Source of the DNA: Geosiphon pyriformis uo1
Taxonomy: Eukaryota > Fungi > Glomeromycota
NCBI GenBank assembly: GCA_016748015.1
Contig: JAAOMT010000183.1
Location: 78,272 to 142,271 of the forward strand
Direction of reading: 5' to 3'
Length of the DNA: 64,000 bases
Shown: one piece after another, positions 39,729-56,903 of the stretch
How the letters are laid out: each line of letters starts with the position of its first letter
Numbering within the stretch: position 1 is the stretch's first letter
Translations under genes and position numbers: made by a program
Notes under the pieces: generated by a model
What the model was told of the DNA's origin: nothing
The model's database searches: none
The model's input: the letters and a program-made list of their open reading frames with translations, nothing else

Positions 39729-41578
39729 TCAAATAATGACATCCTCATTCTCCTGATTCTCATGGGCAGTTGGATAAAGTTCGGTATTCTCGGCACCTTC
39801 TACCATCCATAAAAGCCGTGTTCCCACCGCCATAATGCCAAACAATACCCAATTTGCCAAACGCATCGTAAATTTTTGATTAACATTTTCCATCGCATCC
39901 ATCATTGTGACAAGCAGGATTCCCCATATTTGAGCTCCGGTATTCAAAATACCCGTTGTTTTAATCTCATCTTGCTGGAAAGATGTGATTCTTGTAACAA
40001 ATTGGAAAACCACAGGAGATATAGCTAAATTAAAATTTTCCACACATTAATTTTTAACAATAAAACCAATTTACAACGCAAATTTGGTAGAAATCGGTAA
40101 ACATACCATAAGAAAACACGCCAAATAAAATACTATCAATAATATCAAATGTTCGTTGTTTAGAAAAGCAAAAAAAAGGTGAGCATTATGAAGGGCTTGC
40201 AAAGTGGATATTATTACTGTACCTTGCCACAAACACTGTGGTTAAAGATTCATGTGCCAAACCTATATTGAATAAGGCCCACGAAATCAGAGCTCCCAAG
40301 TATATGACACGACAAGCTTTTTTGAAAGCAAAAGTGTAATCAAGATAAATTCCAATAAGAAAAGAGCCAAATACTCCTGCTACGACTATTGAAAAGCCCA
40401 AAAAACCAACTTTTGACTTGGAAAAGTTGAAGTCGTTAAAATATGTTAGTGTGGATTTGATTCGTTGATAGTGACAACAAGCAAAAAAATCCTTCTAAAT
40501 ACCTCGTTATAAACTGGAACGATAATCTGAGATAAGAGTGTGCTAAGGGCATATTGAGCGCCAATTACAATACCATAAGCTGTAGCAAGTAAAAGAAAAG
40601 GCCAATTTTTAAAGTAATCCTTTAAAGTAGTCAACGATGTGATCCTGACTCGCTCATTTATCTTCAAACTGCAATAAAGAGATTGAAATCAAATGATGAA
40701 AAATTTATAAAATCAAAACATCACCCTCTACCTATGATCATCACCAGGTGGGATTTTGAACGTGAATATTAAAAATACATAGATAATTATACACACGCCA
40801 AATTGCAACAACATATATCTCGGAATATCCGCACTCGCAGTTGCTTCTTTAATCATGTATGGTGATAATAGAAAACTTGATAAAAGAAAATCTAAAATAT
40901 TAATTATACACTAAACATACCATTCTGGTATAAACATTCTTACCCAAAAGCAATACCAGCATTATTAGCTGTAACTCCGATGGCTGTAGCTAAATTTTGT
41001 TCGCCAACGTGGAACAAAGTATTTGCTAATTTTGGAGGTATTCCAAGGATAAAAACGTTTGCACCCGAAGCAATCGCTTGTCCAAGAAATAACCACCAAA
41101 AACCAGAAGGTCCAAAAGAGCCAAAAAAACGGAATAATGTACCAAAAGCATTTAGAAAAGCACCAAAAAGGACTCCAAGGCGTATACCATAAATGTCAAA
41201 TACTTTTAGAGAAGGAAGCAAGATAAAGGGATAAACGAACATATAAATAGTGGAAAGTGAATTAATGTAAGAAGGTGTAGTGTGTTCATAATGGGACATA
41301 AATATAAAAAGACACGGGGAAAATGTGATCCATAAACAAGCCGAAGAAAATGAAAGACAAGAAAAACCAAATAGGATCGTCCAACGGTGTGGGGAAACCT
41401 TGGGTTTATGCTTATTTACAGAATCGGAAGACAACTGGGTGGTAGTGGTATTTACATTATTACTTGTTGGATTTACATCCTCAGAGTTAAAGACCAACGG
41501 AAACGTTTCAAGACTAGCACTAAAATTAAGTTCTTTTGCAACACTAGAAGTGTTCAAGAATTCTTGAGAAGTTCTCAT
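39729..41578 (-). CDS. MFS transporter, FLVCR/SLC49-like, multi-exon
   Basis: RWTILFGFS, INSLSTIYMFVY, GAFLNAFG, GQAIAS..F.LG.PPKLA...F...E...ATAIGV.ANNAGIA; hydrophobic downstream exons. Confidence 0.85.
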
Positions 41579-41701
41579 AGGTTGAATTGTTATAATTAAT
41601 AACTGACTACTTGTGAAAATCCACTGTTTATATGAGCATAGAACAATGGTGATCATGTGCGTTGAATTCAAAATTTCGTTTCTTTCAGATTCTCGGTTAT
41701 A

Positions 41702-42970
41702 ATGACAGAGGCAACTGGAACAGTCCTTTCTAACCGTTCATTTAGCATAAAAAACATAAATGCTTCCTCGTTAGTCGAAACCCCAAGCCCAGTTTCTCCT
41801 GAAACCTCACCTCAAAATCTTATGTCAAATAAGATTTTGCGGCGAAATCGCCCTGGAACAAAATTGGAGGTAAATGACAGTTGTCTGTTGCTTGGGATCC
41901 TTTTATTGGTAATGGAAGCTGTTATCGATAAAGTCTTCATGTAGTTACCATTAAAACATAGGACGCCTATCATTACTCTTATGTTTCGTTTGAGCATATA
42001 GACTCAGCTTTCGCATTACAGGAGTATCTACAATCACTAATACGCCTTGACAAAGAGAATATTGGGCTCCTAGTAACACTGCCGAATGGGCAAGATGAAG
42101 AGACATGGCAATATGAGCACTTGAGGTATTCTAATATCATTAGATTTTCATGAATGAATTATTCAATAACAACAACCATAATTTAAGGCAGCTCTGTCTT
42201 GAACTCAACTACCTTATTGTGCACCTCTTGCCCGATTGTACCCGTCAAACGTGTCCCGAGATGAAAGCCGACGAATGGAAGTACATATGTGCAATGCATC
42301 AAGCGCCTGTAGGGGTATTTATCGAGTTTTTGAGAGCTTTCATAAAGGAGCGATATCATCCATTTAAGATTTTGAATTTTTTTTATCCTTAATGAAATTG
42401 CAGTGTTGTGCAATTGATTACATTGTACACACCTTGGATGGGGCCACAACTTTGCTCAATAGTCATAAATACTTTCCAAGCAGGTATACTGATTGCTTGA
42501 TAATCTGAGAGAAGGAAACTATTGTTTAATTATGTAAATACAAAAATGACTCGGTACTTGGACGATTTTCTCATGGAATTTTTTTGCTTAAAACTTGTTA
42601 TTAGACTATCGATCCCGCCTACTTCTCTCAAGCACTATCAGCAAATTGCTAGACGGCTTTATCGGATATTTGCTCATGCCTTTTTTCATCATCGGGAAAT
42701 CTTTGAATCATTTGAGGTAAATTTAATGGTATAACAGTGTTTATTACCTATCTAAAACATCTTGATCTCAAAAGATTAATTATTATCTAGGGTGAAACTT
42801 TTCTTTACGCTCGATTCTTGAAACTATCAATTCGTTATGGTTTGGTACCAAAAAATCTCATCATAATCCCTGGCTATGAACATATCACAAAAGACGATAA
42901 TCAATCTAACAATATTACTATAACTAATTCAAATGATGCTTCTTTAATCGAAGCTGCAACTCCAACGTGA
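41702..42970 (+). CDS. MOB4: MOB4/phocein (fungal Mob3, STRIPAK subunit), multi-exon
   Basis: [67 protein letters not shown]. Confidence 0.92.
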
Positions 42971-44667
42971 ACTGTACTTCCAACCTTTTCTCTCTTGATG
43001 GTTCCTTATCAAATACACTATTTAATTCTTTATTCATGTAATATGCCTTTGTGATAGAACATCATTTCTAGAAATCATGTATTGGATTTACAAATCTAAT
43101 AAGTCCTACTCCTTTTTTTATAACACATCAATATTAGGCATTGTTAAGTAAAACTGTTATGTCCGGCATGATTCAGGAAAGAATCAAGCAATGCCTGAAA
43201 ATAGATTTTTCAAGTATAATTTTCTTTGTGTATTGCAATCTCCCGATTTTGGCAATTTTACATTTTGAATTCTGATACTTTTTATGTTATTACCGATTAC
43301 AAGTCTTAGATATATAAGCTTTATTTTAAATAACAATGTAAATTTTAAAAACGCACAATTTTTGTTATGTGTAAAACTATTTTGTTTTTAAATATTAAAT
43401 TTGTGCCTTATTAAAAAATCATTTATTTTTTGATATATATATTACAAATTAATATATTTTATAATAAATTTAAATTAAATAATTTAATTTAAATTTTTTT
43501 TCTTGTATTTTCATAACCACAATTAAAGCAAAAAGTAAAAAAAAGCCACACTTATTTCTTCTATAGTTTCCAACAATAACTATTTAAAAAACTTTTAACA
43601 ATAAATCAACTTTAAACCACTTTTCTTAAATATTATAAAGACAAAATGGTTTTTGGTCATTAAAAAAACCTTTTTTTTTTCTAAGTTAAAGTTTTTTTTT
43701 AAACTTATTAAACCAGTTTTATTATTATTATTATTTCAAAAATTTAATTATAAACTAGTGGCAAAATTTAATAATTACTATTTAAATAACCAAAAAAAAT
43801 AACTACTTTTTTTCTTAGAAACACTATTATTAATTCTTTTTAAATACTAAAAAATAGAGTTTTTTTAAAGTATTTTTTTAATTTAAAGCCAATTTTTTGA
43901 TAATTTTATTAGTTTTATTATAGTTATATTAATTTTGATTATATTCTAATTGCAAACAATAATCTTTTTTTATTTTAAATAATAATAGTAATAATATGTT
44001 TATTTAGTTTATAATTAAATTTTTTTATAATTTAATATAATACAATAATTAAATATTATAAATTAAATATAAATTTAAATAAAAAAACCTTTTTTTTTAT
44101 TTTTATAATTATAATCAGAGCAAAAAGTAAAAAAACTATAACTTTTTTATTTTTATTATTATTTAAAGCAATTAGTAGTTTTTTTATCAGTAAAATATTA
44201 GCAGTTATTAAAATTGTTTAATAATATTCTATAAAAATATTCTTTTTAAATAAAATAATAGTTAACTAATCTTTTGTTATTTTAAAAACAATTTTTTATT
44301 TTTGGTTAAAAGTTTTTTTATAGTTTTGTTAAAATATTTAATATAGTTTCTATTTTTTTAAAATTTTTAAAGTGTTTTATAAAAAATTAATAATTAAATT
44401 TTCTTGTTTAAATAACTAAAAAGTCAAAATAGCCAAAAAACAACTTTTTTATATCTTTATTAAGTCGAATAACAATTTTTTAAAGTAGTAAGTAGTTTTT
44501 TTCTGGTATTTTTGGTAGTTTTAGTGGTTTAAAATTTGTTTTTTCTTATATAAAAAATAAAATTTTGATTTTTTTTGCTTTTTTTAGCTTTTTGTTAATT
44601 TTATATTATTAATATTAATCATATTATCTAGTTTTATTATAATTGTAAATAAAAAAATATATATATA

Positions 44668-46950
44668 TTTTTTTATATGCTTTAATGAGTGCAGCCCAAA
44701 AACAATCTAGTACTATATATTAAAGAAATAATCTAAACTAGACGTTAATCATGCACTTTTTACACATGACTAGTCACTTGAACCAATCAAGGACACATTA
44801 TGCTGAAACAATAGGAGGTGGGAATAATCTCAACCCACAAATTTTTTCAATAACACCATTCAGATTCCTAGAATCAAAAATAAACTCACTAAGAAATAAT
44901 CTAGTAGATTCAACACTACTCCTAATTTTAACACCTGACATCCGTTACAAAGCTATAACACACTCAACAGTATCCTTACTCAAGAGAGAAGATTTGATGG
45001 TCTACATATTATCATAATCCATGCCACCAAAGTCAACTTCAGATCTAAGACAAGCAAAGTCCTTAGACATACTAACCATAAGATTGGCAAAATTGTTAGA
45101 AGCATATTTCATAGAAAAAAGATCTTTCTCAACTTGAACAGCTTTAATAGCATTATCATCAAGGAGACGAGATACCAAGACAACCAAAAAGCCAACAGAT
45201 TCAACAATAAACTTTACCAAAGCAGCCAAATCCGAAATTTGCTTTTCCAAAGAGTTCAATCTGGACCCAACCACAGGATTAACAACAGCCACAGGAGAGG
45301 CAAAAGCCACCAAAAGAGGAAATTCAGACATAACAGGAGGAGCAGATGTCTTAGCATAAGACAAAGAACCAACAAAATTTGGTTTGAATATCTTGGAAGC
45401 CTTAGAAAAAGAAGGTGAAACAACTTTACAGTCTACAGCCAAGTGATCTGTTTCTTGACACTGAAAACAATGCTGACAACCAGAGGTTTCCCATCAAATA
45501 TGGCATTTTCTTAAGGTATCAGTTTTGACAACTGCAGAGTCCAAATCAACTTGAGAACCAAATATAACCAGAGCAAACCAGGAACAACGACCAGAATCAG
45601 ACGAACAAGGAATAAAACAAGTCCAGCCACCAACCTGTAAGATTATATTACTAATCTCAAAGGCAGTACAGCCAAGAGAAAGATTGACCAGCTTGGCTTT
45701 AAACCTATTACAAAACACAATAGTTTCTTGTTGATTCACCAAAGGGAGGATTCTAACATTATCCTTGCCCACTAAAACTAATCAATGATTTAAAGCAAAC
45801 ACAACAGAATCCAACTTTTTAAAATAAACCACCACATACTGCCAAATGCCAGCAGGCTTCAGCACAACACAAGTGACACTTCCAAACACACTAAGAGCTG
45901 TCTTAATGTCAGCAGCAGATACACCCAAGGGCACATCACGCAGCACAACAGCAGCAGAAAAAGAACCAGACTCAGAAACCACTAAAGACTTGGCAATTTT
46001 GAGAGTGGCCAAATGTACAGAGCTTGTAAGCTCAACCAAAAATGCAGCTTCCAAAGATACTTGAGAAGCAAACTCCACACAAAACAGCTTCACATTGTCT
46101 TTTAATACTGACTTTATACCCAAGAAACCATGTACTGACTGAAAAACAGCCTTGACATAAGCCAATTTGATTTTAAAGGTAGCATTAAGCACCAGAGTAG
46201 AGATCACCCACTCAGCAAACCTTTGACGACTAGTAATAATTTCTCAAGTACTACCAAAAGTAACACCAAAAACTAGAGAAGGAGATGATTCAGTTTCTAT
46301 TTGATCAATCCAGTTCTCAAAAACAGGTAATCTAACTGGAGAAAATTGTTTTGCTTCTAAAACTGGTAATAATCTGCTGAAAGACACCACATTTGGCAAC
46401 ACAGTCAGTGATTGATCTTGGCCCATCTTGGATGATGTGTTGGATGATACTATAGAGATCTCATCTAAGATCTTATTGGAAACCACAAAGGGGTTCAGTG
46501 TAACAATAGCAGAGGCAAGTGACTGCCTCCACTTTTCTGAACTTTTGGTCTTTTTGACCATTTTTTTTGAAAAGGCGATGCTAGAAGCACCAGGTGTTGA
46601 ATTTATAGAGGGAAAAACCAGCTTATTTACTGGTCTATTATTAAAAACTTTTGGGCTCTTAGTCGGAGTGGAGACAACATTGGAACTAATCTAAGTGTGT
46701 CTCTTTGAGGGAACTTTGACTGGTGAAAAACCAGCCAAAGATGAGAAAGTTGCTTTAGTAGCTACCAAAGGCAGCTTTTCATGATTACTGGGTAAAAGGA
46801 AGACTTCTAAAACATTCTGTCTAGTTGCTTTTACAACAGAGAGATCTTTTCTGGTTGAAATTTTATTAGATATCTCAGGAAAGATATCAGGTGCAGCTTT
46901 TTTACTCTTTGCTCTGATCATGATCATAAAATTAAGGAAACAAAGAGTTT
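44668..46950 (-). mobile_element. Element C: ORF1-only non-LTR element with LINE A-type 3' tail
   Basis: Single 710-codon frame 46927-44798 broken by point stops; RRM-like segments and CCHC CFQCQETDHLAVDC; 3' UTR homologous to 29995-30100; A-rich tail; no APE or RT. Confidence 0.8.
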
Positions 46951-47117
46951 TTTTTTTTAGCTTTTTTTTTTTGTTTAAAATAATAATAATAAAAACATAT
47001 TGATTAATTTTAATTTAAATTAACTTTTGGTTATATTTTTTAATACATTAATTTTTAACTAATTTTTACTGGTTTTAAAAACAAAACAAACCATATTTTT
47101 ATACATGTTTTTATTCT

Positions 47118-47200
47118 AAAATTATAGCTTAGCCATTCAATAGTCTTAACTTGAATTCCATTGAAAACTTATGGACTATTGTAAAAAAGAATGTAAAAAA
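47118..47200 (+). mobile_element. Tc1/mariner transposase relic fragment
   Basis: Translates as IIA*PFNSLNLNSIENLWTIVKKNV, a decayed WPSNSPDLNPIENLW motif. Confidence 0.65.
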
Positions 47201-47454
47201 TAATTTTTTAATATATAATGAAAAATATATATATTTTTAATGTTTTGATTTTTACTTTTTAAGAGCAATTATTTTCTTGATTTAGAGTTCAGGATCACGT
47301 TTATGGGTTACGATCTTGCATCATTGTTAACCAATAAGACCGTAGCCACAGTACACTAAAATCTGAGGTATAAAAATGTTCATTCGTTCAAACTTTACTA
47401 AAACGACCTTTAAAAGAATCCTTTGGAGGTGTTTTGTCTTTTTAGTCGCCTATT

Positions 47455-48318
47455 ATGACAACCCTCTTTTTTACGTCAAGTTCTTGCGCGGAAAACGCGT
47501 GTAACGGCCTTGTTAATCCTTTGCACAGCCTGTCCAACCAAATATTCGCTGGAGCCGGATTTCCATCTTCAATCAACATTCTCAAAGAGCAAAAATATTT
47601 GGAAAATGTTAGTAAGATTCCTTTCCGTGAACAAAAAGAAATAGCATGTGAACAAAAGGAAGCTTGTGGCAGTCAAAGTAATTGGGAGCACTTTTCTCAT
47701 GTATGGCACGAGGAAAACATTTATCAGGAGGATTTTCTAACTGATACCGAAGTCGAAGAATATAGGCAGGAATGGAGTGATGAGTATTTCACCAAAATTT
47801 ATGTGGAGAAGCACGGCCTAGAACAATCGCCGCAAGCTACAGTGTTTTCTAATGGAAGCAAAAAAGTGAGACGCAACTCTTACTTAGGGGAATTTCAAGA
47901 AATTGACATTATGAATGAGAGTTTCCAATCGTTTCATCAATCGTCCTTTATTAAAGAATATTCCGCTTCAAAAGCTCAATATCATATGAAGAAACCCATT
48001 GCTTCTCCTATTTTCCAGACACCTCATTGTGATCTGTTCCAAGCGTGTTTTTACTTGTTGGATGATCTTCTCATTACTCTTGAATCACGCTCCACTGAGA
48101 CTACGCGTAGGCCGTGTCCTGAAGCCGAATGGGATTGGGGCAGGTTATTCTCGGAATCGCGTTGGTACAATCGGGAGAAAGAACGGGACCAAAGCAATCA
48201 GCAAAAGTTGGCGCAAAAAAGGTTGAAGATGCTGATGGGACATTTAACAAGACGAGAGAAGCGAACAGTGGAAAAGGAATGGGAATGGGAATTTTTTGGA
48301 TTGTCAAAACAATACTGA
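47455..48318 (+). CDS. 287-aa single-exon protein, possibly a Pex5/Pex20-like peroxin without TPRs
   Basis: Open 287-codon frame with CpG retained; N-terminal Cys followed by NPL..L; WxxxF/Y motifs WSDEY, WGRLF, WEWEF. Function is inferred. Confidence 0.55.
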   Translation: MTTLFFTSSSCAENACNGLVNPLHSLSNQIFAGAGFPSSINILKEQKYLENVSKIPFREQKEIACEQKEACGSQSNWEHFSHVWHEENIYQEDFLTDTEVEEYRQEWSDEYFTKIYVEKHGLEQSPQATVFSNGSKKVRRNSYLGEFQEIDIMNESFQSFHQSSFIKEYSASKAQYHMKKPIASPIFQTPHCDLFQACFYLLDDLLITLESRSTETTRRPCPEAEWDWGRLFSESRWYNREKERDQSNQQKLAQKRLKMLMGHLTRREKRTVEKEWEWEFFGLSKQY

Positions 48319-48582
48319 ATTTTTAGGTCATTTTGTAATATTTAATTTTGTAGAATAATTTTATTAGAAAAATCTTCCAACGCGAGCATACAAATAACGT
48401 AATCTGTTTTTAATCTGTAAATAAAATTTTAATCTTCAATTGAGTATAATAGATTTGCGGATTTGTTGTGTTTGCTCAGTTAATAACGTCAGACTTTAAT
48501 TTACTTGTACCTATAACCACGTGAAACATTTAAAAAGGATAAGTACTACATTGAGAAAAAGACAAAATGCTTGACTACCATT

Positions 48583-49399
48583 ATGCCGGTAAGGCAAAAA
48601 GCAATTATCTTGGTTGTTTTATTGATACTTGTTGAAATTGAAGCTCTTTTATTGCACAGGCTTATCATTCTCGTTTCAATGAAAATACGGAATACCGTAT
48701 CCTGGGCAACATGGCTATGTTGCCCATCAAAACAAAATTGAGAGGTCCCGCAACCCCTGGTAAGCTGTTTTTTTTCAACGGACTTGAATAGAAAGGAATG
48801 ACTAGCTAAAAAATATTTTATGCGCTTGTTCATATTTTCTTTTTATTTTTTATTTCCTTTTGAATCTGAAAAGCTCCACCTGGCGAAGACGATATCATTG
48901 ACGAAGCACTTGATTTATTTCGAGCAAACTGTCTTTTTCGTAATTTTGAAATCAAAGGAAATGCGGATCGTGTGCTTATATACATGATCCTTTTTATTTC
49001 GGACTGTCTTTCCAAGTTAAAAGATAATCAATCAACGCCTAAAGAGGGACAAAAACTGTTGGGCACGCGTGCATTGGATCATTTCGCTCTACCAGGGGAT
49101 CCAACCTTTCCTCTGAATGCTTTATATGCACCTCCGGCGAATAAGGGAGACGCTGGTTTGTTTTAAATCTTTCTCTTGTAACTAATGCTTTGGTAAGAGG
49201 TGGGATAGTAAAAAAACTTGCATCTTACTAATCAGTGTGATTATCTGATCGTGCCACTTAAGATTTGCTTCGCCAGTATTTGGCACAACTTCGTCAGGAA
49301 TTGGCTATTCGGTTGGTGGAAAGAGTTTATATAGATGGAAAATTAAGCAAGTGGTGGATGTTGTTTCATAAAAGAAAATTTATGAACAAATCCTTGTAA
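48583..49399 (+). CDS. ARPC3: Arp2/3 complex subunit 3 (p21-Arc/Arc18), multi-exon
   Basis: MP|[54 protein letters not shown]. Confidence 0.96.
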
Positions 49400-49673
49400 A
49401 AACGTATTTTATGTTTTCCCATCAATCCTCTCATCTCTTAATTGAAATTACCTATTTGCCTTCAAAGTTATAGCTTTTGTTAACGATAGAATTGAGGTTC
49501 AAATTTTATTTGCTGATAAAGGCGTCTACACAGGTTGGGTAAAGAGAGATAACATTTGAAAAGCACTAGTAATTCCAAGGCTACAGGTTTGAAATTTCAT
49601 CCTCTAAAATGAACGAGAAAATCTTCATTCGAATAAAATTATGTAAGATTATTAGTATTTTCTTTGTGCCGCA

Positions 49674-51584
49674 CTATTCTTGTCCCCACCGTTGTATTTC
49701 AATAGGGCAATTGGCGAAACTCAATACAGCCCGAGTGATCTGTAATGGGTCAAGCATAACCCTCATCATTCTATATTCCTTTTGGCATTTTGTCGATGCT
49801 TGATCGGAAGTCACGAGTTCAATGGCTATCAAATGTTCGAAAGATTTCAAAGCTACACCCCATTTATACATTCTCATATTGCCTTTTCCTCTCACTGCCT
49901 GGTCATTCATAAAATTCTTGTATTGGTCATAAACCATACAAAAATTGAATGTGGGACTTTCGGGAGTCACGATGTGTTTTATCGCGATTAATAGGCAAAG
50001 TTCAAGATGAGAAAGGCCTGTTATGAAAGGAGCTTTTCATCGTTAGCTTGATTATTTGGGAACAATCACTTTTAAACTTCACCTTTGACTAGTTCAATTT
50101 TCGCCTCAGCTTGTTGCAACATCCCTGATTCATAAAAATCTGATGGGACAAGATATTTCTTGTCTAGGGATAATTCAGCAACTGGTTTAAACTACACAAA
50201 GAATGAAAAATAAAAATTCAGCTCAAATTATTTTTGTTAATAATTTGATGGAAAACTTACACATAAATTGTAAAATCCTCGAAGTCCTCTCAATGAATCG
50301 AAAATCCGTCTCAAGGTTTTTAAAAAATTATCGTTATCGAATAATTCCTAATTGTGACAATTAACGATAATTGCATTCAAGTATTATATATAGAATCGAA
50401 ATTTTTTGGAATGGTCATCACTTACTTCTATTTTCTGGTTGAAGTCATCACTGTAATTCTGATCTATTTCTCCAACTTTATCATTCAGACGAATAACACT
50501 TTTGGCCATTTCTATGTATAAATTAAAGTTTTCCGGGGGATATAGATGAACTTGGCGATGAGAAAAACGCGATTTGACCCGTTTTTCCAGCAAAGTAAGC
50601 GCATTCTAAAATATCAATCTATAAGTTTGAAAATTTGAAAATTTTGAATCTCATAAACATCTCATACCAGGCGGCAAGTCATCCCAATAACAGCGATGGG
50701 AGCCTGATTACTTTGAGATACGTCAAAAAGATTGTAGAGGAGAGCTTGTTTATTATGTTGAGCAAATAAATCAAATTCATCCAAAAGAAATATGATCGGT
50801 TTGCTGGTATCTTTGTTGCCCGATTTTAAGAGCCCCAAAATATAATTGAGCGAATCTGCAAATGAACGCTAAAAATTATAACAATTTCTTAAGGGCTATA
50901 TAAAAAAGGTTGCTTGTAACCAGAAAAATCAAAAAATATCTTTATCTCGATATTTACAAAAACTTGACCTTCAAGTTGCGGTTGAAGAGAAAGTTGACGC
51001 ACTATTTCTCGAAGCGCGAGGCGATCATTAGTTTGCGGAAAGCCGTTTAGTTCGATGCAGAAAAAGTCGTCGCCATAGGCCGCTTTTAGTTCTTGTAGAG
51101 CTTTCCTTACGATCTTTTATAAAATAAATCAGTATAATCAATATGTATAAATCGGAGAAATTTAATTATGATTTGATTTGGAAGCGCACAAAACAAGTAC
51201 TGTGGTTTTGCCTGTCCCACTTGGCCCAATAATCAAGCAAGTATTGCTTTCACCAAGTGTAACGGTCCGCCCAAGTAGCTCAAGTATTGTGCTGCTTATT
51301 TAAGTAGAGGGTCAAGCTTTGATTCTTTGAAGCTTTTAAAATTAAAAAGGTATGATAAATTACTTATACTCGTCTTCCAATCCGAACAATTTTTCTGGCA
51401 GAGCTCTTTCTGAAAGCCTATCCATTAATATTTGCCGAGTTCGCTTTATATTTTCTTCATCTAGACCAGTAATTCCTCTTGGACGTTTATGCGAAGCCGT
51501 TCCTTTTTCTTTGGTAGAATTCTCAAAAGGCGATAGGCTATCTATTATACTTCCTGTTTGAAGTTGTCGCGTTGAGCGCTTCAT
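49674..51584 (-). CDS. ORC4: Origin recognition complex subunit 4, multi-exon
   Basis: [17 protein letters not shown] (Walker A), [36 protein letters not shown]. Confidence 0.95.
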
Positions 51585-52196
51585 TAGAGCAATTTGACCA
51601 AAGATTTGAATGATGGGAAACACTGCCTGGTAACTTGTAGCATCTATTACGCGTGGGGTCAGATGAACGTCTACTGTCATGTGAAATAATCGAAATAATC
51701 GGCCATCTCGTCATGATCGCGATTAGGCGACACGATACTGTTATCAATTCTTTTTTGCATGAAGATTGGGATGTCCCGTTTTATTTATACCTCCTAGTCC
51801 CAAGAATTGATGATTTGGGAGTTTAAGCTATCGATAATGATTGTCAGTTAAGGAGATAAATTAAGCAAACAATTCAAGAGTTGAGGATCAAATAATTTTA
51901 GAAATAAAGCTCCGGGGTTCCGCTTCAATTTGATCAATGAACCAAGTTATTATAACTGGCGGGAGGGGATCTCAGAAATAATTCCGTCTCAAGCCTGATT
52001 TTTGATTGGTAATCTCCTACTCAGTTCAAGGGTATTAAATAGTCTGTGTCACGAAGTCATACCAAAGTGTATATACAGGTACTTGATATCAAAATAAAAA
52101 AACCCAGAGCTTTCTTAAGTTTCAAATTGCTTTTCCGCTTCCGCTTTCCCTCAAAGATTGACGCGTTTTTCAGTAACGGGAAAGGGGTACCTAAAT

Positions 52197-56055
<3,859 letters not shown>

Positions 56056-56903
56056 GAAACTTGATGGTGAATTGTGATTTCCGTTGGTATCCTGCGTGTT
56101 AATTTGTGGACTTTAATTTTCAGTAATCCCGCCCCCTTACATAGGTTACAAATCTCGCCCTATAAAACCCGTCCTTTTAAGCACTCATTTCCACACTTTG
56201 ACATTTATCCTAATTATATTATAAGTTTGACCCACAGCAAGAGAATATGAAGTATATTCCTCACTACGCTTTTATCCTGAGCTTCTCACGTCTCAACATT
56301 TCGATCTTTTTACTGTGAGAGCGGCTTCATTAGTTTTTTTTTGAATTGCTTTGATAAATGATAATTTTTTTATTGAATTTATGCATATCAACCATTTTAT
56401 TATCAATGCAAGCATAGCATTGGCTAAATTTGAGATACATTTTTACTGTTTCGCGTATTCCTTTGACATGTATTAGCTTATATTATAAACTTCTGTAACT
56501 TTTCCTAAAAATTATGTAAAATTGAGCAATATAGGTTAGGAACTGGGTAAATTTAACGAAAAATTTGTGCTTGAGATAGAATTTCATAATTGCACTTTTC
56601 ATTATGCTCTCAATTTTCCCTTGGCTTGAAATTATATATACATATATGTATTAATATATTTAAATACGTCTCAGTTGGATTACACCTTAACCATTGATTA
56701 GATTAGTTGAGACAATAATATAACCCCTTCTAAAATGAAAAAATTTAAGGTTGAAAATGCAATTATGTAGGATAATCGATAAACTGAATTATCCAATAGA
56801 ATTTAATTCTGGTTATCGTCGATCCGCCGTATCATAGTATAAATCAAGTTTTCCAGGCTGAGTTCTGATATTGTTTATCATTCGATTCCTAATTTTATTG
56901 TTC

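Noticed and set aside
44798-46927. Code 4 for element C (three TGA at Trp-like sites)
   Set aside because: It also has TAG stops, several intact TGG and strong CpG loss; ordinary decay explains it.
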